64,000 nucleotides of DNA from an uncultured bacterium (GCA_937952315.1 CALFZX010000010.1:5047-69046), one strand, 5' to 3'. Counted from the stretch's first letter, positions 11,968 to 23,800 are shown. The notes: a model not told the origin generated them from the sequence alone. Numbers and translations: made by a program.

Positions 11968-12408
11968 ATGAAAATCGATTTTCACAAAAAACTGAATCGT
12001 CCTAAATTTTTTGAAATTACTCTTATCGTCACCACCGTTTTAGCCGGCTTTATTCTCTATTGGCAGGAAAAAGTCAATCACAATCTCGATAGTCAAAAAA
12101 GTTGGCTCAATTTCTATTTCGTTGATCCGATCGAACCGCAGAAGGGTGTTGAGTTCAATAACCATCTTGGTTATGAAACCGAATTTCGACTTTGTCTGAT
12201 ACCCGACAGCGATGATTTGATGGAACCGAAAGATATCTCTTGCAATCTGGAAACCGTTCTGTCGGCGGAAAGAAAAAAAGTCGCCCCTACCGAAAAATTT
12301 TCTTGGCAATGGCCGAATCAAGATCGAGCAGGGAAATACTGGGTGTTGCTTCAATATGTAACCAAAGACGGCCAAGAGAATAAAAGAAGCTTGTCTTTTG
12401 TGAAATAA
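11968..12408 (+). CDS. Hypothetical single-TM protein with a beta-rich extracellular domain
   Basis: Starts 2 nt after the murG stop; one N-terminal hydrophobic helix. Confidence 0.7.
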   Translation: MKIDFHKKLNRPKFFEITLIVTTVLAGFILYWQEKVNHNLDSQKSWLNFYFVDPIEPQKGVEFNNHLGYETEFRLCLIPDSDDLMEPKDISCNLETVLSAERKKVAPTEKFSWQWPNQDRAGKYWVLLQYVTKDGQENKRSLSFVK

Positions 12409-12411
12409 TTG

Positions 12412-15400
12412 CTATATTTTTTTCAATTCTATTTTTATTTTACCGCCATCCAGCTTAGCCTCAAAAGAGTAGTTAGAACTGCTCAAAGCCCCACTTTTTA
12501 TTTCATCAGCTAGCACTTCGGCGGCAATTTGTTTTTTGAATTTTTCAAAAATTTCATTTTTGCCATTATAGCCAACGATAATCCGATCCTCAATCTCAAA
12601 ACCCGCTTTTTTACGAGCTTCTTGAATCTGTCGAACCAGTTCTCTCATCTCGCCCTCCACTTTGAGCTCCTCTGTAATAGAGATATCCAGAACAACGGCG
12701 TTACCCTCTTTGTCCACTAAACCCTGGCTTTTTTCCGTTATTTTTCCGCTTTCTATTAGCTCCTTGAGATTCTCTTTATTTTTAATTTCCTTGACATTCA
12801 GCTCCTCTTTGACTAAGGCCCAAAGATTTTCCTCAATTTCATCTTTCCCTTGAACAAAAAGAGTTTTCAGCGGTTGCCTAACTTTAATGCCTTTTTTCGC
12901 TCGGCAAGAAAGACCGAGCGTCACAATCTGTCTGATTTTCTCCATATCGGCATTTAATTTTTCGTTAATAAGCATCAGATTCGGCTGAGGAAAGTCGGTT
13001 AAGTGAACGGACATTTGTTTAAAAAAATCATGAGTTTTTTCTTCCGTGTTCAGCTCTTCCTCCTCGATACGATTCAAATTCTGAAAAATTTCCTCCGTCA
13101 TAAAGGGCATAAAGGGGGCGGCCAATTGGTTAAATTTAGTAAGAACTTCATACAGAGTTTGATACGCTTCGTTTTTATCACCATCATTTTCCGTCTTCCA
13201 AAAGCGTTTGCGACTGCGACGAATATACCAATTGGAAAGCTTGTCGATGAATTCGGGCAGTAAACGAGAAGCTTTCGCAATTTCGTAGCTATCCATCAAT
13301 TCATTCATTTGTTTAATCAAAATATGCAGTTCCGAAAAGATCCAAGCATCCAAAACCGACATTGGCTTGCCTACCCAAGCTTCTTTGAAAGATTGAGGAT
13401 CACTCCACTGAAAGGGCTTCTCCCTGTTCGGTAGCCAGTTATCTATTTTGGCATAGGTGGTAAAGAAAAAATAGCTGTTCCACCAAGCGCGTAAAAATCC
13501 TTTTTGAATTTCCGCCATTTTTTCTTCGGAAAAATTGACATTTTCCGCTTCCATAATGGGGGAACTCATTAAATAAAAACGCAAAGCATCGGCCGAATAT
13601 TTATCCAGAACAATGTTCGGATCGGGGTAGTTGCCTAAAGATTTTGACATTTTTCGACCGTCCGTACCGGCAATTACCCCCGTTGTCACTACATTTTTAT
13701 AAGCCGGTCGCCCGAAAAGAGCTACTGAGAGAACATGAATGACATAAAACCAGGCTCGAGTTTGCCCGACATATTCGGAAATGAAATCGGCGGGGAACTT
13801 CTGATTAAAATCCTCTTGATTTTCAAAAGGATAGTGTCTTTCCGCAAAGGGCATAGAACCCGATTCGACCCAACAATCAAGCACTTCCGGCACCCTATGC
13901 GCCGTGCCTTCACATTCGGAACACTTGAAAGTTATATTGTCGATAAACGGCCGATGGTAATTATCTAATCTTTGACCGGACAATTTAAACAGTTCTTCGT
14001 AAGAACCGACCACCTCTCTTTTACCACATTGATCACACTCCCAAACCGGAATAGCCGTTCCCCAATAGCGATTCCGTGAAATATTCCAATCGGGAGCACT
14101 CTCCAAATTCTTCAAAAACCGACCGCGTTTTAAGTTTTCCGGATGCCAGACGATGTCTTCATTGGCCGAGATTAGCTTATCTTTGATGGTTGCCACACTG
14201 ATAAACCAAGCCGGTTGAACCTTATAAATCAACTTGGTGTGACAACGGTGACAGAAAGGATAACTATGCTCAATTTTTTCCGAATCGAGCACCAGACCTT
14301 TTTCCTTTAGATCCATCAAGATATCCGAATTGGCTTCCCAGACATTTCGATTTTTGTATTTTCCTTCGCAAAATTTACCTTCCTCATCGATATTCAACAG
14401 TATTGGTAAATTTTCCGACTTGGCCGTTCGATAATCATCTTCGCCGAAAGCCGGCGCCAAATGGACAATTCCACTGCCTTCAATATCGGTTACAAATTCC
14501 CCCGATACGACTCTCCAACCCTGTGTCGCTTCCTCTTCCGTTAGTGTCTCAGCGTTCTCCTCTAAATTTAATTTTTCATAGTGCAGACCGAGCAACTCTT
14601 CTCCCTTTATTTTTTTGATCGCTTTGCCTTTCCAGCCTTTTTCTTTCTTTAATCGCTTAAATTTCACCGAGCTTAAGATAAAGTAAAACTCTTCATCTTT
14701 TTTGCCCTTTGAAGCAACAACGGAATACTCATTATTGGGATTAACGGCTAAAGCGCTATTGGCCGGTAAAGTCCACGGAGTGGTTGTCCAAGCGACAAAA
14801 TAAGCTTCCAACTCAAGAGGTAAGCCTAGTGCGGTTTTCGCCGTATGGTGAAGATCAAACTTAACAAAAACCGCTTCATCGGTTACATCTTGATAGCTAT
14901 TATCCATTGCGATTTCAAAATTAGACAACGGCGTAGCGCACCTCGGACAGTAAAGAGAAATACGACTATCTTTATAAATCAGACCTTTATTGTACAATTC
15001 TTTGAAAGCCCACCAGACGGATTCCATATAGTCGGAGTCCATGGTTTTGTAAGAATTTTTGAAATCGACAAATCGTCCTATACGGTCAATAATATTTTCC
15101 CACTCTCCGGCTATTTTCGAAGTAGCAATAAAACATTCGTTGACGAATTTTTCGATCCCTATCTTATTTTCAATATCTTTTTTGCTTTTCGATCCCAATT
15201 TCTTTTCCACCAAATTCTCCGCCGGCAGACCGTGACAATCCCAACCCCAACGACGATCGACTCGAAAACCCTTCATCGTAAAATAACGGGGCACCACATC
15301 TTTGGCCACAGAAGATAAAATCGTTCCGAAATGAGGCACGCCGGTAATAAAAGGCGGGCCGTCAAAAAAACTGTAACTTTTTGCTTCTCTTCGATTTTCA

Positions 15401-15495
15401 ATAGTTTTTTCGAATATTTGATTTTCTTTCCAGAATTTGATCACTTCCTTTTCTCTCTCCGCGGGAGTCTTCTTGGGGTCGATCGATTTAAACAT
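12412..15495 (-). CDS. ileS: Isoleucine--tRNA ligase (IleRS type 2)
   Basis: DGPPFITGVPHFGT, GWDCHGLP, WTTTPWTL, DWNISRNRYWG and KMSKS; type-2 C-terminus. Confidence 0.97.
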   Translation of the reverse strand: MFKSIDPKKTPAEREKEVIKFWKENQIFEKTIENRREAKSYSFFDGPPFITGVPHFGTILSSVAKDVVPRYFTMKGFRVDRRWGWDCHGLPAENLVEKKLGSKSKKDIENKIGIEKFVNECFIATSKIAGEWENIIDRIGRFVDFKNSYKTMDSDYMESVWWAFKELYNKGLIYKDSRISLYCPRCATPLSNFEIAMDNSYQDVTDEAVFVKFDLHHTAKTALGLPLELEAYFVAWTTTPWTLPANSALAVNPNNEYSVVASKGKKDEEFYFILSSVKFKRLKKEKGWKGKAIKKIKGEELLGLHYEKLNLEENAETLTEEEATQGWRVVSGEFVTDIEGSGIVHLAPAFGEDDYRTAKSENLPILLNIDEEGKFCEGKYKNRNVWEANSDILMDLKEKGLVLDSEKIEHSYPFCHRCHTKLIYKVQPAWFISVATIKDKLISANEDIVWHPENLKRGRFLKNLESAPDWNISRNRYWGTAIPVWECDQCGKREVVGSYEELFKLSGQRLDNYHRPFIDNITFKCSECEGTAHRVPEVLDCWVESGSMPFAERHYPFENQEDFNQKFPADFISEYVGQTRAWFYVIHVLSVALFGRPAYKNVVTTGVIAGTDGRKMSKSLGNYPDPNIVLDKYSADALRFYLMSSPIMEAENVNFSEEKMAEIQKGFLRAWWNSYFFFTTYAKIDNWLPNREKPFQWSDPQSFKEAWVGKPMSVLDAWIFSELHILIKQMNELMDSYEIAKASRLLPEFIDKLSNWYIRRSRKRFWKTENDGDKNEAYQTLYEVLTKFNQLAAPFMPFMTEEIFQNLNRIEEEELNTEEKTHDFFKQMSVHLTDFPQPNLMLINEKLNADMEKIRQIVTLGLSCRAKKGIKVRQPLKTLFVQGKDEIEENLWALVKEELNVKEIKNKENLKELIESGKITEKSQGLVDKEGNAVVLDISITEELKVEGEMRELVRQIQEARKKAGFEIEDRIIVGYNGKNEIFEKFKKQIAAEVLADEIKSGALSSSNYSFEAKLDGGKIKIELKKI

Positions 15496-15567
15496 TTTAA
15501 TATATTAAAACTCGAAACAAGTTATTATAAAGGCACTTTTTTGTTTTAAGCAATGGGGAAAATCACC

Positions 15568-17049
15568 TTATTCTTTCCTATTTTTTCTCAAAGGGAAAAG
15601 AATTACATCGCGAACATTTTTTTGATCCAAAAGTAGCACCAACAGGCGATCGATTCCCATTCCCCAACCGGCCGTCGGCGGCATACCGTAACTCAAAGCT
15701 TCAAGATAATCATCATCGATGGAGTGGGCTTCGCCGTCTCCTTTTTTACGGGCCAATTCCTGCTCCTTGAATCGCAACCTCTGCTCTTCCGGATCGTTTA
15801 ACTCGTTGTAAGCTTTGATAATTTCCCAACCGTTAATTACCAATTGAAACGAGGCGATTTTTTCAGGATCTCCCTCTTTAGCTTTAGCGAGCGGAATAAG
15901 ACTTTTTGGATAGTCAAGCAAAAAAACCGGTCCTTTCAGCTTCGGCCGAATAGTTTTTTTATAAACTTCGTCAAGGATTTTAGACTCGGAAAGATTTTTT
16001 CCACCTTTTTCAAGCTCTATTTCATGTTTTTTTGCCAAGGCAAGCAGAGCGGTTCGGTCAAGTTTTTCTATTTCGACCCCCAGTTCTTTTTTGATTAAAT
16101 CAGAGAAATAAACTCTTTTAAAAGGCGGATTTAAGTCAAACTTTTTATCCTGATAAAAAATCGTTAGCGAACCGCAGATCTTCGGCACCGTTTCTTTGAG
16201 CATTTCTTCCGTAAATTTCATCAATTTTTCATAGTCGGCATAAGCCCAATAGAATTCAAGCATCGTGAAGTCGGGATTGTGCTGCGGGCTGATTCCTTCA
16301 TTGCGAAAATTGCGAGCAATTTCAAAGACCCGTTCAAACCCACCCACAATCAATCTTTTTAGGTAAAGCTCGGGAGCGATTCTCAAATAATACTCTTGAC
16401 CGAGAGCGTTATGTTTTGTCTTAAAAGGTTTGGCACTGGCACCGCCGGCTATCGGTTGAAGGATCGGCGTTTCGAATTCCGTAAAATTATGCTTGAGTAA
16501 AAAATCCCGTAAGCTTTTGACAAAAAGACTTCTTTTTTTAAATTTTTCCCTCGATTCTCGACTGGTAATTAAGTCCAAATAGCGTTTTCGATATTTTAAT
16601 TCTTCATTCTTAAGTCCCGCCCATTTTTCCGGCAGAGGACGAGTCGCTTTGGCTAACAATTTAATTTTTTTGACTTCCAGCGTCTTTTCTCTCGCTTTGG
16701 TTAAAAAAAGCTGACCTGACGCCTCGACAAAATCTCCTCTCTCAATAAGATCGCGGAATGTTTCAAACTCCTCAACTCTTAAATTATTCTTTTTAATCGC
16801 CAATTGAATCTTGTCGCTCTCGTCCTCTAAATCGGCAAAAATCAAGCCTCCGTGACCTCGTCTTCCCGTGATTCTACCGGCCAAAAAAATTTTTTGATCC
16901 GTTAATTTATCAAATTTAGCCTTAGCTTCAGCATTACTGAGAGTTTTTCTAGCGGAAGAAGGGTAGGGATTGATTGCTTTTTCTCTGATTAAATTAAGTT
17001 TTTTAGCTCGATCTTCAATTAATTGTTTCAGCGTTTGATTATGAGACAT
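15568..17049 (-). CDS. lysS: Lysine--tRNA ligase, class II
   Basis: OB-fold N-terminus; YLRIAPELYLKRL, FRNEG, HNPDFTMLE and YGMPPTAGWGMGIDRL. Confidence 0.98.
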   Translation of the reverse strand: MSHNQTLKQLIEDRAKKLNLIREKAINPYPSSARKTLSNAEAKAKFDKLTDQKIFLAGRITGRRGHGGLIFADLEDESDKIQLAIKKNNLRVEEFETFRDLIERGDFVEASGQLFLTKAREKTLEVKKIKLLAKATRPLPEKWAGLKNEELKYRKRYLDLITSRESREKFKKRSLFVKSLRDFLLKHNFTEFETPILQPIAGGASAKPFKTKHNALGQEYYLRIAPELYLKRLIVGGFERVFEIARNFRNEGISPQHNPDFTMLEFYWAYADYEKLMKFTEEMLKETVPKICGSLTIFYQDKKFDLNPPFKRVYFSDLIKKELGVEIEKLDRTALLALAKKHEIELEKGGKNLSESKILDEVYKKTIRPKLKGPVFLLDYPKSLIPLAKAKEGDPEKIASFQLVINGWEIIKAYNELNDPEEQRLRFKEQELARKKGDGEAHSIDDDYLEALSYGMPPTAGWGMGIDRLLVLLLDQKNVRDVILFPLRKNRKE

Positions 17050-17053
17050 TGAT

Positions 17054-17926
17054 TTAACTGCGATTAAAGTTTAATTTATCAATAAAATTTTTCAATTCCG
17101 ATCGTAAATCCGGTCGATCAAAAGCGTAAGCCAAAGTCGCTTTCAAATAATTAAGCGGATCGCCGGTTGTCATCCATTCGCCATCTTCCACCTCTTTAGC
17201 CAAAAAAACACCTCCGTTTTTGACATAGGCGCGAATAGCGTCCACAATCCAAAGTTCGTTATCTTTACCCAAAGCGGTCTCGCGAAGAATATCAATGATA
17301 TCCTGATCTAGAATCATCCGGCCGAAATCGGCTAACTGGGAAGGGGCATCCTCCAAACTCGGTTTCTCAATTATATCCTCTATTTCCCGAGTTCCCTCTC
17401 GAAGTTTTACAATCCCGTAGCGATTAACCACTTCCGGCGCCACTTTCTGAACTCCAATCATCAATTTGCCATTTTTTTCGTAGTCTTCTACCATGGCTCG
17501 AGTGAAAGATTTTTTGGACTTGACCAGATCATCTCCCCAAACAAAAACAAAAGGCTCGTCATCAACCAGACTGGACGCGGATAAAACGGGAGTGCCATTT
17601 CCGTAAGGACCTTTCTGTCTGACATAAACAAAATTAGCGCTTTCGGAAACTCTTTTTATTTCTTCAAGCTTGTCGTTTTTGCCATTTTTTTCCAATTCGT
17701 ATTCCAGAGCCCAACTACGATCAAAATGATCCTCCAGCGGTTTTTTGTCCCATTTGGTTACTAAAATAATATCTTCGATTCCCGCTTCAACCAGCTCTTC
17801 AATCACCAACTGAATGATCGGTTTATCAACAATCGGCAACATTTCTTTCGGCATTGATTTGGTCGCCGGAAGCAAACGAGTGCCACTCCCGGCCACAGCC
17901 ACAACGGCTTTTTTTATTTTTTTCAT
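17054..17926 (-). CDS. galU: UTP--glucose-1-phosphate uridylyltransferase
   Basis: AGSGTRLLPATKSMPKEMLPIVDKP, LEDHFD and IEKP motifs. Confidence 0.93.
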   Translation of the reverse strand: MKKIKKAVVAVAGSGTRLLPATKSMPKEMLPIVDKPIIQLVIEELVEAGIEDIILVTKWDKKPLEDHFDRSWALEYELEKNGKNDKLEEIKRVSESANFVYVRQKGPYGNGTPVLSASSLVDDEPFVFVWGDDLVKSKKSFTRAMVEDYEKNGKLMIGVQKVAPEVVNRYGIVKLREGTREIEDIIEKPSLEDAPSQLADFGRMILDQDIIDILRETALGKDNELWIVDAIRAYVKNGGVFLAKEVEDGEWMTTGDPLNYLKATLAYAFDRPDLRSELKNFIDKLNFNRS

Positions 17927-18060
17927 CACCAAAATATTAAAGCTAAAAGGCTTTTCTCCCTTAATTATTAAGCCAAATTAACGAGTCGGTCAAAGATAGC
18001 TTTCATTTACTTAATTTATTTTTCCAGTTAAAATAAAGATGATTAAAACAAAAAAATAAA

Positions 18061-19371
18061 ATGAACATCCAATCTTCAGATACTTTAAGTTTGCCCAAAA
18101 ATGAAATATATCGCCAAAGAGACTCTTGGGGCAACTTGATTCGCAAACTGATTTCATTGTTTATCGTCGTTTTTCCTTGGGTTATTTTTCCTTTCAGCGA
18201 GGGGCCTCTTGAAGCTTTAAGGGGGAAGACTTTGTTTGTTTCCATGATTTTTCTGACAGTCCTTTGGCTCCTTCGAAGCTTGGAACAAAAAAAATTTGAA
18301 TGGCGCAAGACTCGAATCAATTGGCTTTTTTTCTCCGGACTGGCCGTTCTTTTTTTATTTTTTCTTTACGCGCCCAGCTTGAGATACGCTTGGAACGGCT
18401 ATACGGGTAGCGAGACCGGCGGATTCAGCGAACACTTAGCTTTTGTTCTCTTCTTTTTTTTAGCTGTTCAGCTTTTTGATGTACCGACTTGGGAAAAGAA
18501 TATTCGTTTTTTTCTAGCTTCCGGTTTGCTCACTTTATTAGCTTCTATTTTGGCGGCTATCTTTTTTCAGGATAACAATTTGTTGACTCTCAACTTTGCC
18601 AAAACCCCCACGCTTTTCACCGCTTTCTGCGGAGTAACTGCCTTCTCTTTTTGGTGGCTAAAGAAAAAATCGGAACCGCTCCTAAAGGGAAGGATTTTTT
18701 TAGTTTCTCTGCTTTTGCTTTTCATTGCTTCGTTACTCGATTTTTATTTGGCTTGGTGGATGTGGTTCGCTGGAATTTTCACCCTTCTAATCTTGGATTT
18801 AATTGTAAAAATTGAAAAATATTTGAAAGATCGTGAATCAAGCTACCTGAATCTAAAGGGAAGCGGTAGGGCCGATTTCTTGAGTGAACTTTTCCGAGGC
18901 GATTTCAAATATCTCTCCTTGATTCTGCTTTTTACTTTTTCTCGAGCCGTTTCACCGGTTTTTTTGGGTCAAAAGGAGCTTGTCGTTATGCCTTTTTCGG
19001 CTTATTTGGAAAAATTCTCCGTCTTCGGCCAAAGAGTCTATTTTTATCTCATTTTGAACGGAATTATTTTCTTACTTGGTCTTTACCATTTTTTCAAACT
19101 AAAGAAAGAAAGACAGGCTATCGGTATTGTTCTTAGCGGTTTAGTATGTATTTCCGTCGGTCACTTGCTTTATTTTTCGGAAAGCACCTTGCTCTTTTTC
19201 TTGAATTGGATCTTGATTATTTTTGGCGGATTAACCTTTCTGCGTAAACCGCCGGAAAGAGATTTTATGTATCTGTTGGAGGGGGGCTCTCGCAAAAAAG
19301 TTTTTATTTTTATAGTTTCTGTGCTTACCATTGCATTAACTGGAATGGTTTATCTAAAATTGTTAATTTAA
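18061..19371 (+). CDS. Polytopic membrane protein, possibly a shortened relative of CPR O-antigen-ligase-like proteins
   Basis: About 12 TM segments. The N-terminal pattern (FPWVIFPF...K; AWNGY...GG) recalls CPR Wzy_C-type proteins; this is recalled resemblance only. Confidence 0.5.
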   Translation: MNIQSSDTLSLPKNEIYRQRDSWGNLIRKLISLFIVVFPWVIFPFSEGPLEALRGKTLFVSMIFLTVLWLLRSLEQKKFEWRKTRINWLFFSGLAVLFLFFLYAPSLRYAWNGYTGSETGGFSEHLAFVLFFFLAVQLFDVPTWEKNIRFFLASGLLTLLASILAAIFFQDNNLLTLNFAKTPTLFTAFCGVTAFSFWWLKKKSEPLLKGRIFLVSLLLLFIASLLDFYLAWWMWFAGIFTLLILDLIVKIEKYLKDRESSYLNLKGSGRADFLSELFRGDFKYLSLILLFTFSRAVSPVFLGQKELVVMPFSAYLEKFSVFGQRVYFYLILNGIIFLLGLYHFFKLKKERQAIGIVLSGLVCISVGHLLYFSESTLLFFLNWILIIFGGLTFLRKPPERDFMYLLEGGSRKKVFIFIVSVLTIALTGMVYLKLLI

Positions 19372-19375
19372 AGCG

Positions 19376-19645
19376 ATGAAAAAAACTGCTAAATTGGGCG
19401 GGATAGTGGACCGAGGAGGTAACAGCCTAGAGAATAAAACGGGCGCTTGGGCTTCAAAAATAGCTTTTATTGATCAAGAAAAATGTATTAAGTGCCAGCA
19501 ATGTATCCTTTTTTGTCCGGAAGGATGCATCGATCTCGGCCCGGACGGAAAGAAAGTGCAAGTTGACGGGAATTACTGCAAAGGTTGCTCCGTCTGCGCC
19601 ACCGAATGCCCCGTCAAAGCGATCTCAATGAAACCCAAAAAATAA
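19376..19645 (+). CDS. porD: 2-oxoacid:ferredoxin oxidoreductase delta subunit (2x[4Fe-4S])
   Basis: KTGAW followed by CIKCQQCILFCP and YCKGCSVCATECP. Confidence 0.9.
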   Translation: MKKTAKLGGIVDRGGNSLENKTGAWASKIAFIDQEKCIKCQQCILFCPEGCIDLGPDGKKVQVDGNYCKGCSVCATECPVKAISMKPKK

Positions 19646-19659
19646 TTTAAATCACCCCT

Positions 19660-20847
19660 ATGGCCTATTTTAAACAGAAAATTAAATATGAAGCATTAAC
19701 CGGCGGTGAAGCGGTTGCCGAGGCGATGAGACAAATTGAACCGGGAGTTGTGCCTATTTATCCGATTACACCGCAAACTCCGATTGTGGAAAAGTTCGCC
19801 TCATTCGTAGCTTCCGGCAAGATTGACAGCGAAATCATCACCGCCGAGTCGGAACATTCTGTTATGAGCATGGCCATCGGAGCGGCCTCTTCGGGCGTTC
19901 GTTCGATGACGGCCACTTCCTCCGTCGGACTTGCCTATATGTTTGAAATGCTAAATATCGCATCGGGAATGAGAATGCCAATCGTTCTCAATGTTGCCAG
20001 TCGTGCGATTTCCGCCCCGATCAATATTCATTGCGATCACTCAGATGTAATGGGAGTAAGAGATAGCGGTTTTATCCAACTGTGGAGCGAAACCGCCCAA
20101 GAGGCTTATGACAATACAATTTTAGCAGTAAGGCTGGCGGAGCAAGAAGATATTCGCCTGCCCGTTATGGTTATTCAGGATGGATTTGAAACTTCTCATA
20201 CTTTGGAAAAAGTGGAAAAAATCGAGGACGAAAAAGTAAAAAAATTCATTGGACCGTATCGTTATCCATATTCATTGCTTAAAAGTAAAACTCAAAAAAC
20301 TTTCGGCCCGCTGGTCTTACCGAATAAATATTTAGAAATCAAAACCGACCAATGGCAAGCCTTTGCCAAAGCAGAACAAGCGCACGATCAAATCGGAGCC
20401 GAATTTAAGAAAATTACCGGACGCAACTATCCAAGCATCGAGCTTTTCGGAGTCGATAACGAAACAGATGCGGTAGTCATCCTTTTGGGTGCTAGCGCAG
20501 GTACCGCGAAAAATACCGCCAAGCAATTAAAGGCGAATGGCTATAATGTCGGCGTAGTCAAAATTAAGCTCTTCCGACCATTCCCGTTTGCACAATTGGC
20601 GAAACTATTAAGCCATATCGATAAAATAGCAGTGCTGGACAGAGTTTTCAGCTTAGGTAGCCAGCCTCCTCTTTTCACGGAAGTTCGCGAGGCCCTTTGG
20701 AATAAAAGAGGAAAAACAAATATTCAAAGTTTTGTCTTCGGCCTTGGCGGTCGTTCCCTCAAAGAAAGTCAGGTCGAGGAAGTCTTTGCCGATCTGTTAA
20801 GCAATAATTTTCAAGAAGGTACAAAAATTATCGGTTTGGAAAAGTAA
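19660..20847 (+). CDS. porA: Pyruvate/2-oxoacid:ferredoxin oxidoreductase alpha subunit
   Basis: YPITPQT, ESEHS, TATSS, INIHCDHSD, FRPFP and GLGGR motifs. Confidence 0.95.
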   Translation: MAYFKQKIKYEALTGGEAVAEAMRQIEPGVVPIYPITPQTPIVEKFASFVASGKIDSEIITAESEHSVMSMAIGAASSGVRSMTATSSVGLAYMFEMLNIASGMRMPIVLNVASRAISAPINIHCDHSDVMGVRDSGFIQLWSETAQEAYDNTILAVRLAEQEDIRLPVMVIQDGFETSHTLEKVEKIEDEKVKKFIGPYRYPYSLLKSKTQKTFGPLVLPNKYLEIKTDQWQAFAKAEQAHDQIGAEFKKITGRNYPSIELFGVDNETDAVVILLGASAGTAKNTAKQLKANGYNVGVVKIKLFRPFPFAQLAKLLSHIDKIAVLDRVFSLGSQPPLFTEVREALWNKRGKTNIQSFVFGLGGRSLKESQVEEVFADLLSNNFQEGTKIIGLEK

Positions 20848-20855
20848 TTGCTTTA

Positions 20856-23800
20856 TTAAACTTTGATTTTTAATCTTTCTCTTTTTTCCTCCTCTTCACC
20901 GATTAATGTCGCAAAAAGTACCGGCACGATCATCAGAGTAAAAAATGAAGACAAGCTCAAGCCGAAAATAATTGTTCCGCCAAGCGCTTTCCAGAGTTCG
21001 TTGGAAAGAGTGATCGGAATGATACCGAAAATTGTGCAGATTGAGGTGATAAAGATAGCCTCCAACCTTGATTTCCCGGCATCAACAATAGCTTCTTGAA
21101 AAGGAATATTGCTCCCCAAATTCAAATTTATTTTATCAATTAAAATAATCGCATTTTTGACCACAATCCCGAATAGAGCCAAAATTCCGATCAAACCGGG
21201 AAAACTTAAATTGATTCGAAAAATCGCTAAACCGATGAAAACCCCGATTAGCGCTAGAGGGAAAGTAGCCAGAACGATTAAGGCTTTTTTGAAGGAGTTA
21301 AATTGAATAATCATTGTTGAAAAGATCAAAAGACCGGCCACAATCATAGCTTTAAGAATTGATATCACCGACTCCGCATTCTGTTCGTTCTCTCCTCCGT
21401 AAACAATCTCGTAACCGGTCGGTAAAGTGTACTGCTCCTTCAGTTTTTTCTGAAAATCGGCTAGAACTTGATTCGGTCGCGTTTTCCCGCTGACTCCGGC
21501 CGTTAGGGAAACGGTTCGTTTCTGATCGGTTCGGGTGATGGTCTCTACCGAAGGCTTAAGCTCTACTTTCGCTATATCCTTTAGAAAAATTGCTGTTCCG
21601 GTCGGGCTTAAAATTTGCAAATTTTGCAAAGACTCCAAATCGGGCACCGCTCTTTTGTCAAAACGAGCCACGATTTTTATCTCCTTGTTATCTCTGATTA
21701 TTTTGCTCACTTCCATCTCTGAGACGGCCATTCGCAAAAAAGAAGAAACGGCCGGAATACTCAAGCCGGAGACCTTCAGTCTTTCTCGATCAATCAAAAA
21801 AGTATATTCAGCCGGTGCTTCTTTCAAGGAAATATCTTCGTTGATAACCCCGTCAATTTGGCTGAGAATTCTCTTTAGATCATTTGCCACCTTGTCTAAG
21901 ACTTGAAGATCTTCACCCTCGATTCTCGCCTCAAAAGCCGAGCCGGAAGGTGGCCCACCGCTCGGAGATTCGACTGTTATTTCCGCGTTTTTAATGCTTT
22001 TTAAATCGTTTCGAATCTTATCCGCCAAATCGTAAGAAGTAATCTCGCGACTGTTTTTATCAATTAAATTCATTGTCACAGAAGCTAAATTGGAGGAGGA
22101 GCTTCCCATTCCATCCCCTCCGCCTTGGCCGACCAAAGTTGAAAATTTTTCTATTTCCGGATATTTTAACAATTGAGCCTCAACTTTTTCCACGATTTTA
22201 TTGGTTTCTTCCAGTTTCAAGCCGGACGGCGCTTCGAGATTAAGATAGAGGCTGTCCTCGTCGGAGACGGAAAAAAATTCGGTTGCCACAATGCCGGACG
22301 CCGGCAAAGAGGCTGAGCCGAGAAAGAGGAGCAGAGTTCCGATCAAAGCTCCCCAGCGCCTTTTTCTCGTGGCTAAGATATAGCGAAGTTGCTTTTCATA
22401 GAGCGGTAAAATTATATTTATATTTGTAATTCCGGAGAAAATTCTTTGCCAAAAAGTTTTTTTTCTTCCTTCCGCCCGATCGGCTAATTTTTCTTTGATC
22501 ATTTCCGGATTTTCCCACTCGAGATTGACTAATTTTTCACTAGCCATCGCTCTTTTTCTTCCTTCCGCCAGATACCATCTCAAAAAGACTACCGCTACTG
22601 TCAGAGCGATAAAACCGATTGAGAAGCCGGCAGTATTCCGCATTAAAACAGCCGTAGCGGTGCCCCCCAAAATAATTATCGAAAAAATTCCGAAGAAAAA
22701 GCTACGAGTAAATCTTATGCGCTCCAAGATAGCAGCCATCGGATGATTTATCATTAAAGCGATCAACAGAGAGGCGGTCAATGTCACCGAGACAGTAATC
22801 GGGATCGATTTAATAAATTCTCCGATGATACCGGTTGCTAAGAGTAGGGGCAAAAAGGCCCAAACTGTTGTCAAAGTGGTCGTTACTAAAACCCATTTGA
22901 AGTCGCGCAACACTAAAATTACCGCCTGCTCCGGTGTAAATTTACCGGTTTTCAAATATTGTTTAGTCGCCGAAACAACAACAATAGCGTCATCAACGAG
23001 CAAGCCGAGCGATAACAGCAATGAAAAAATCGAAAGGAAATTTAAGCTTATCCCCGCCAATTCCATCACTCCAAAACTAATAAAAAAAGTCAGGGGAATG
23101 GCCATACCGGCCACAAAAGCCTCCTTGACACCAACCAATAGAATAAGCACCAACGAGACTAAAAATAAAGTTAGAAAAAAGTCGTGTGTCAGCTGATCGA
23201 AATCTTCTTTAATCATTTCAGACATGTCGGTCGTATAGGCGTATTCCATGCCTTCCGGAAAATTACCGCTCATCGTCTCGATTTTTTGTTTAGCCTCATC
23301 AATCGTTTTGAGAATCGATCCGCCGGTTTTTTTTATTAAGCTGATAGAAACCGCGTTTTTCGGATCTTCTCCTCCGGTGGAGAATCGTGAATAGACTGTC
23401 TTTTCAATCGCTTTTTCGCGGACATCCGCCAAGTCTTTCAAATAAACAATTGCCCCGTTTTCCGTTGAAATAATCGGTAAATTCTTGATCTGATCGGCAT
23501 TCACAAGCCGAGCATCGGATTTAATGGCATAATTATATTTTTCACCGGAAAAACTACCGGCCGGCATAAGTAAATTACCGGAAGCGATTATTTGATTAAC
23601 CTGTTCGGCGGAGATTTTGAAACTTTCCAGCTTTTCCGGATTATAAGCGACTTCGATCTCTCTTTCCTCCCCGCCTGAAACTTTAACTTCCCGCACGCCA
23701 GCAATCTTTTCCAGTTCATCTTGAAGTTCTTCAGCTTTTTGTCTCAGCGTAAAACCATCATATCTACCGGCCAATTCGATATTGAAAATCGGACGATCGT

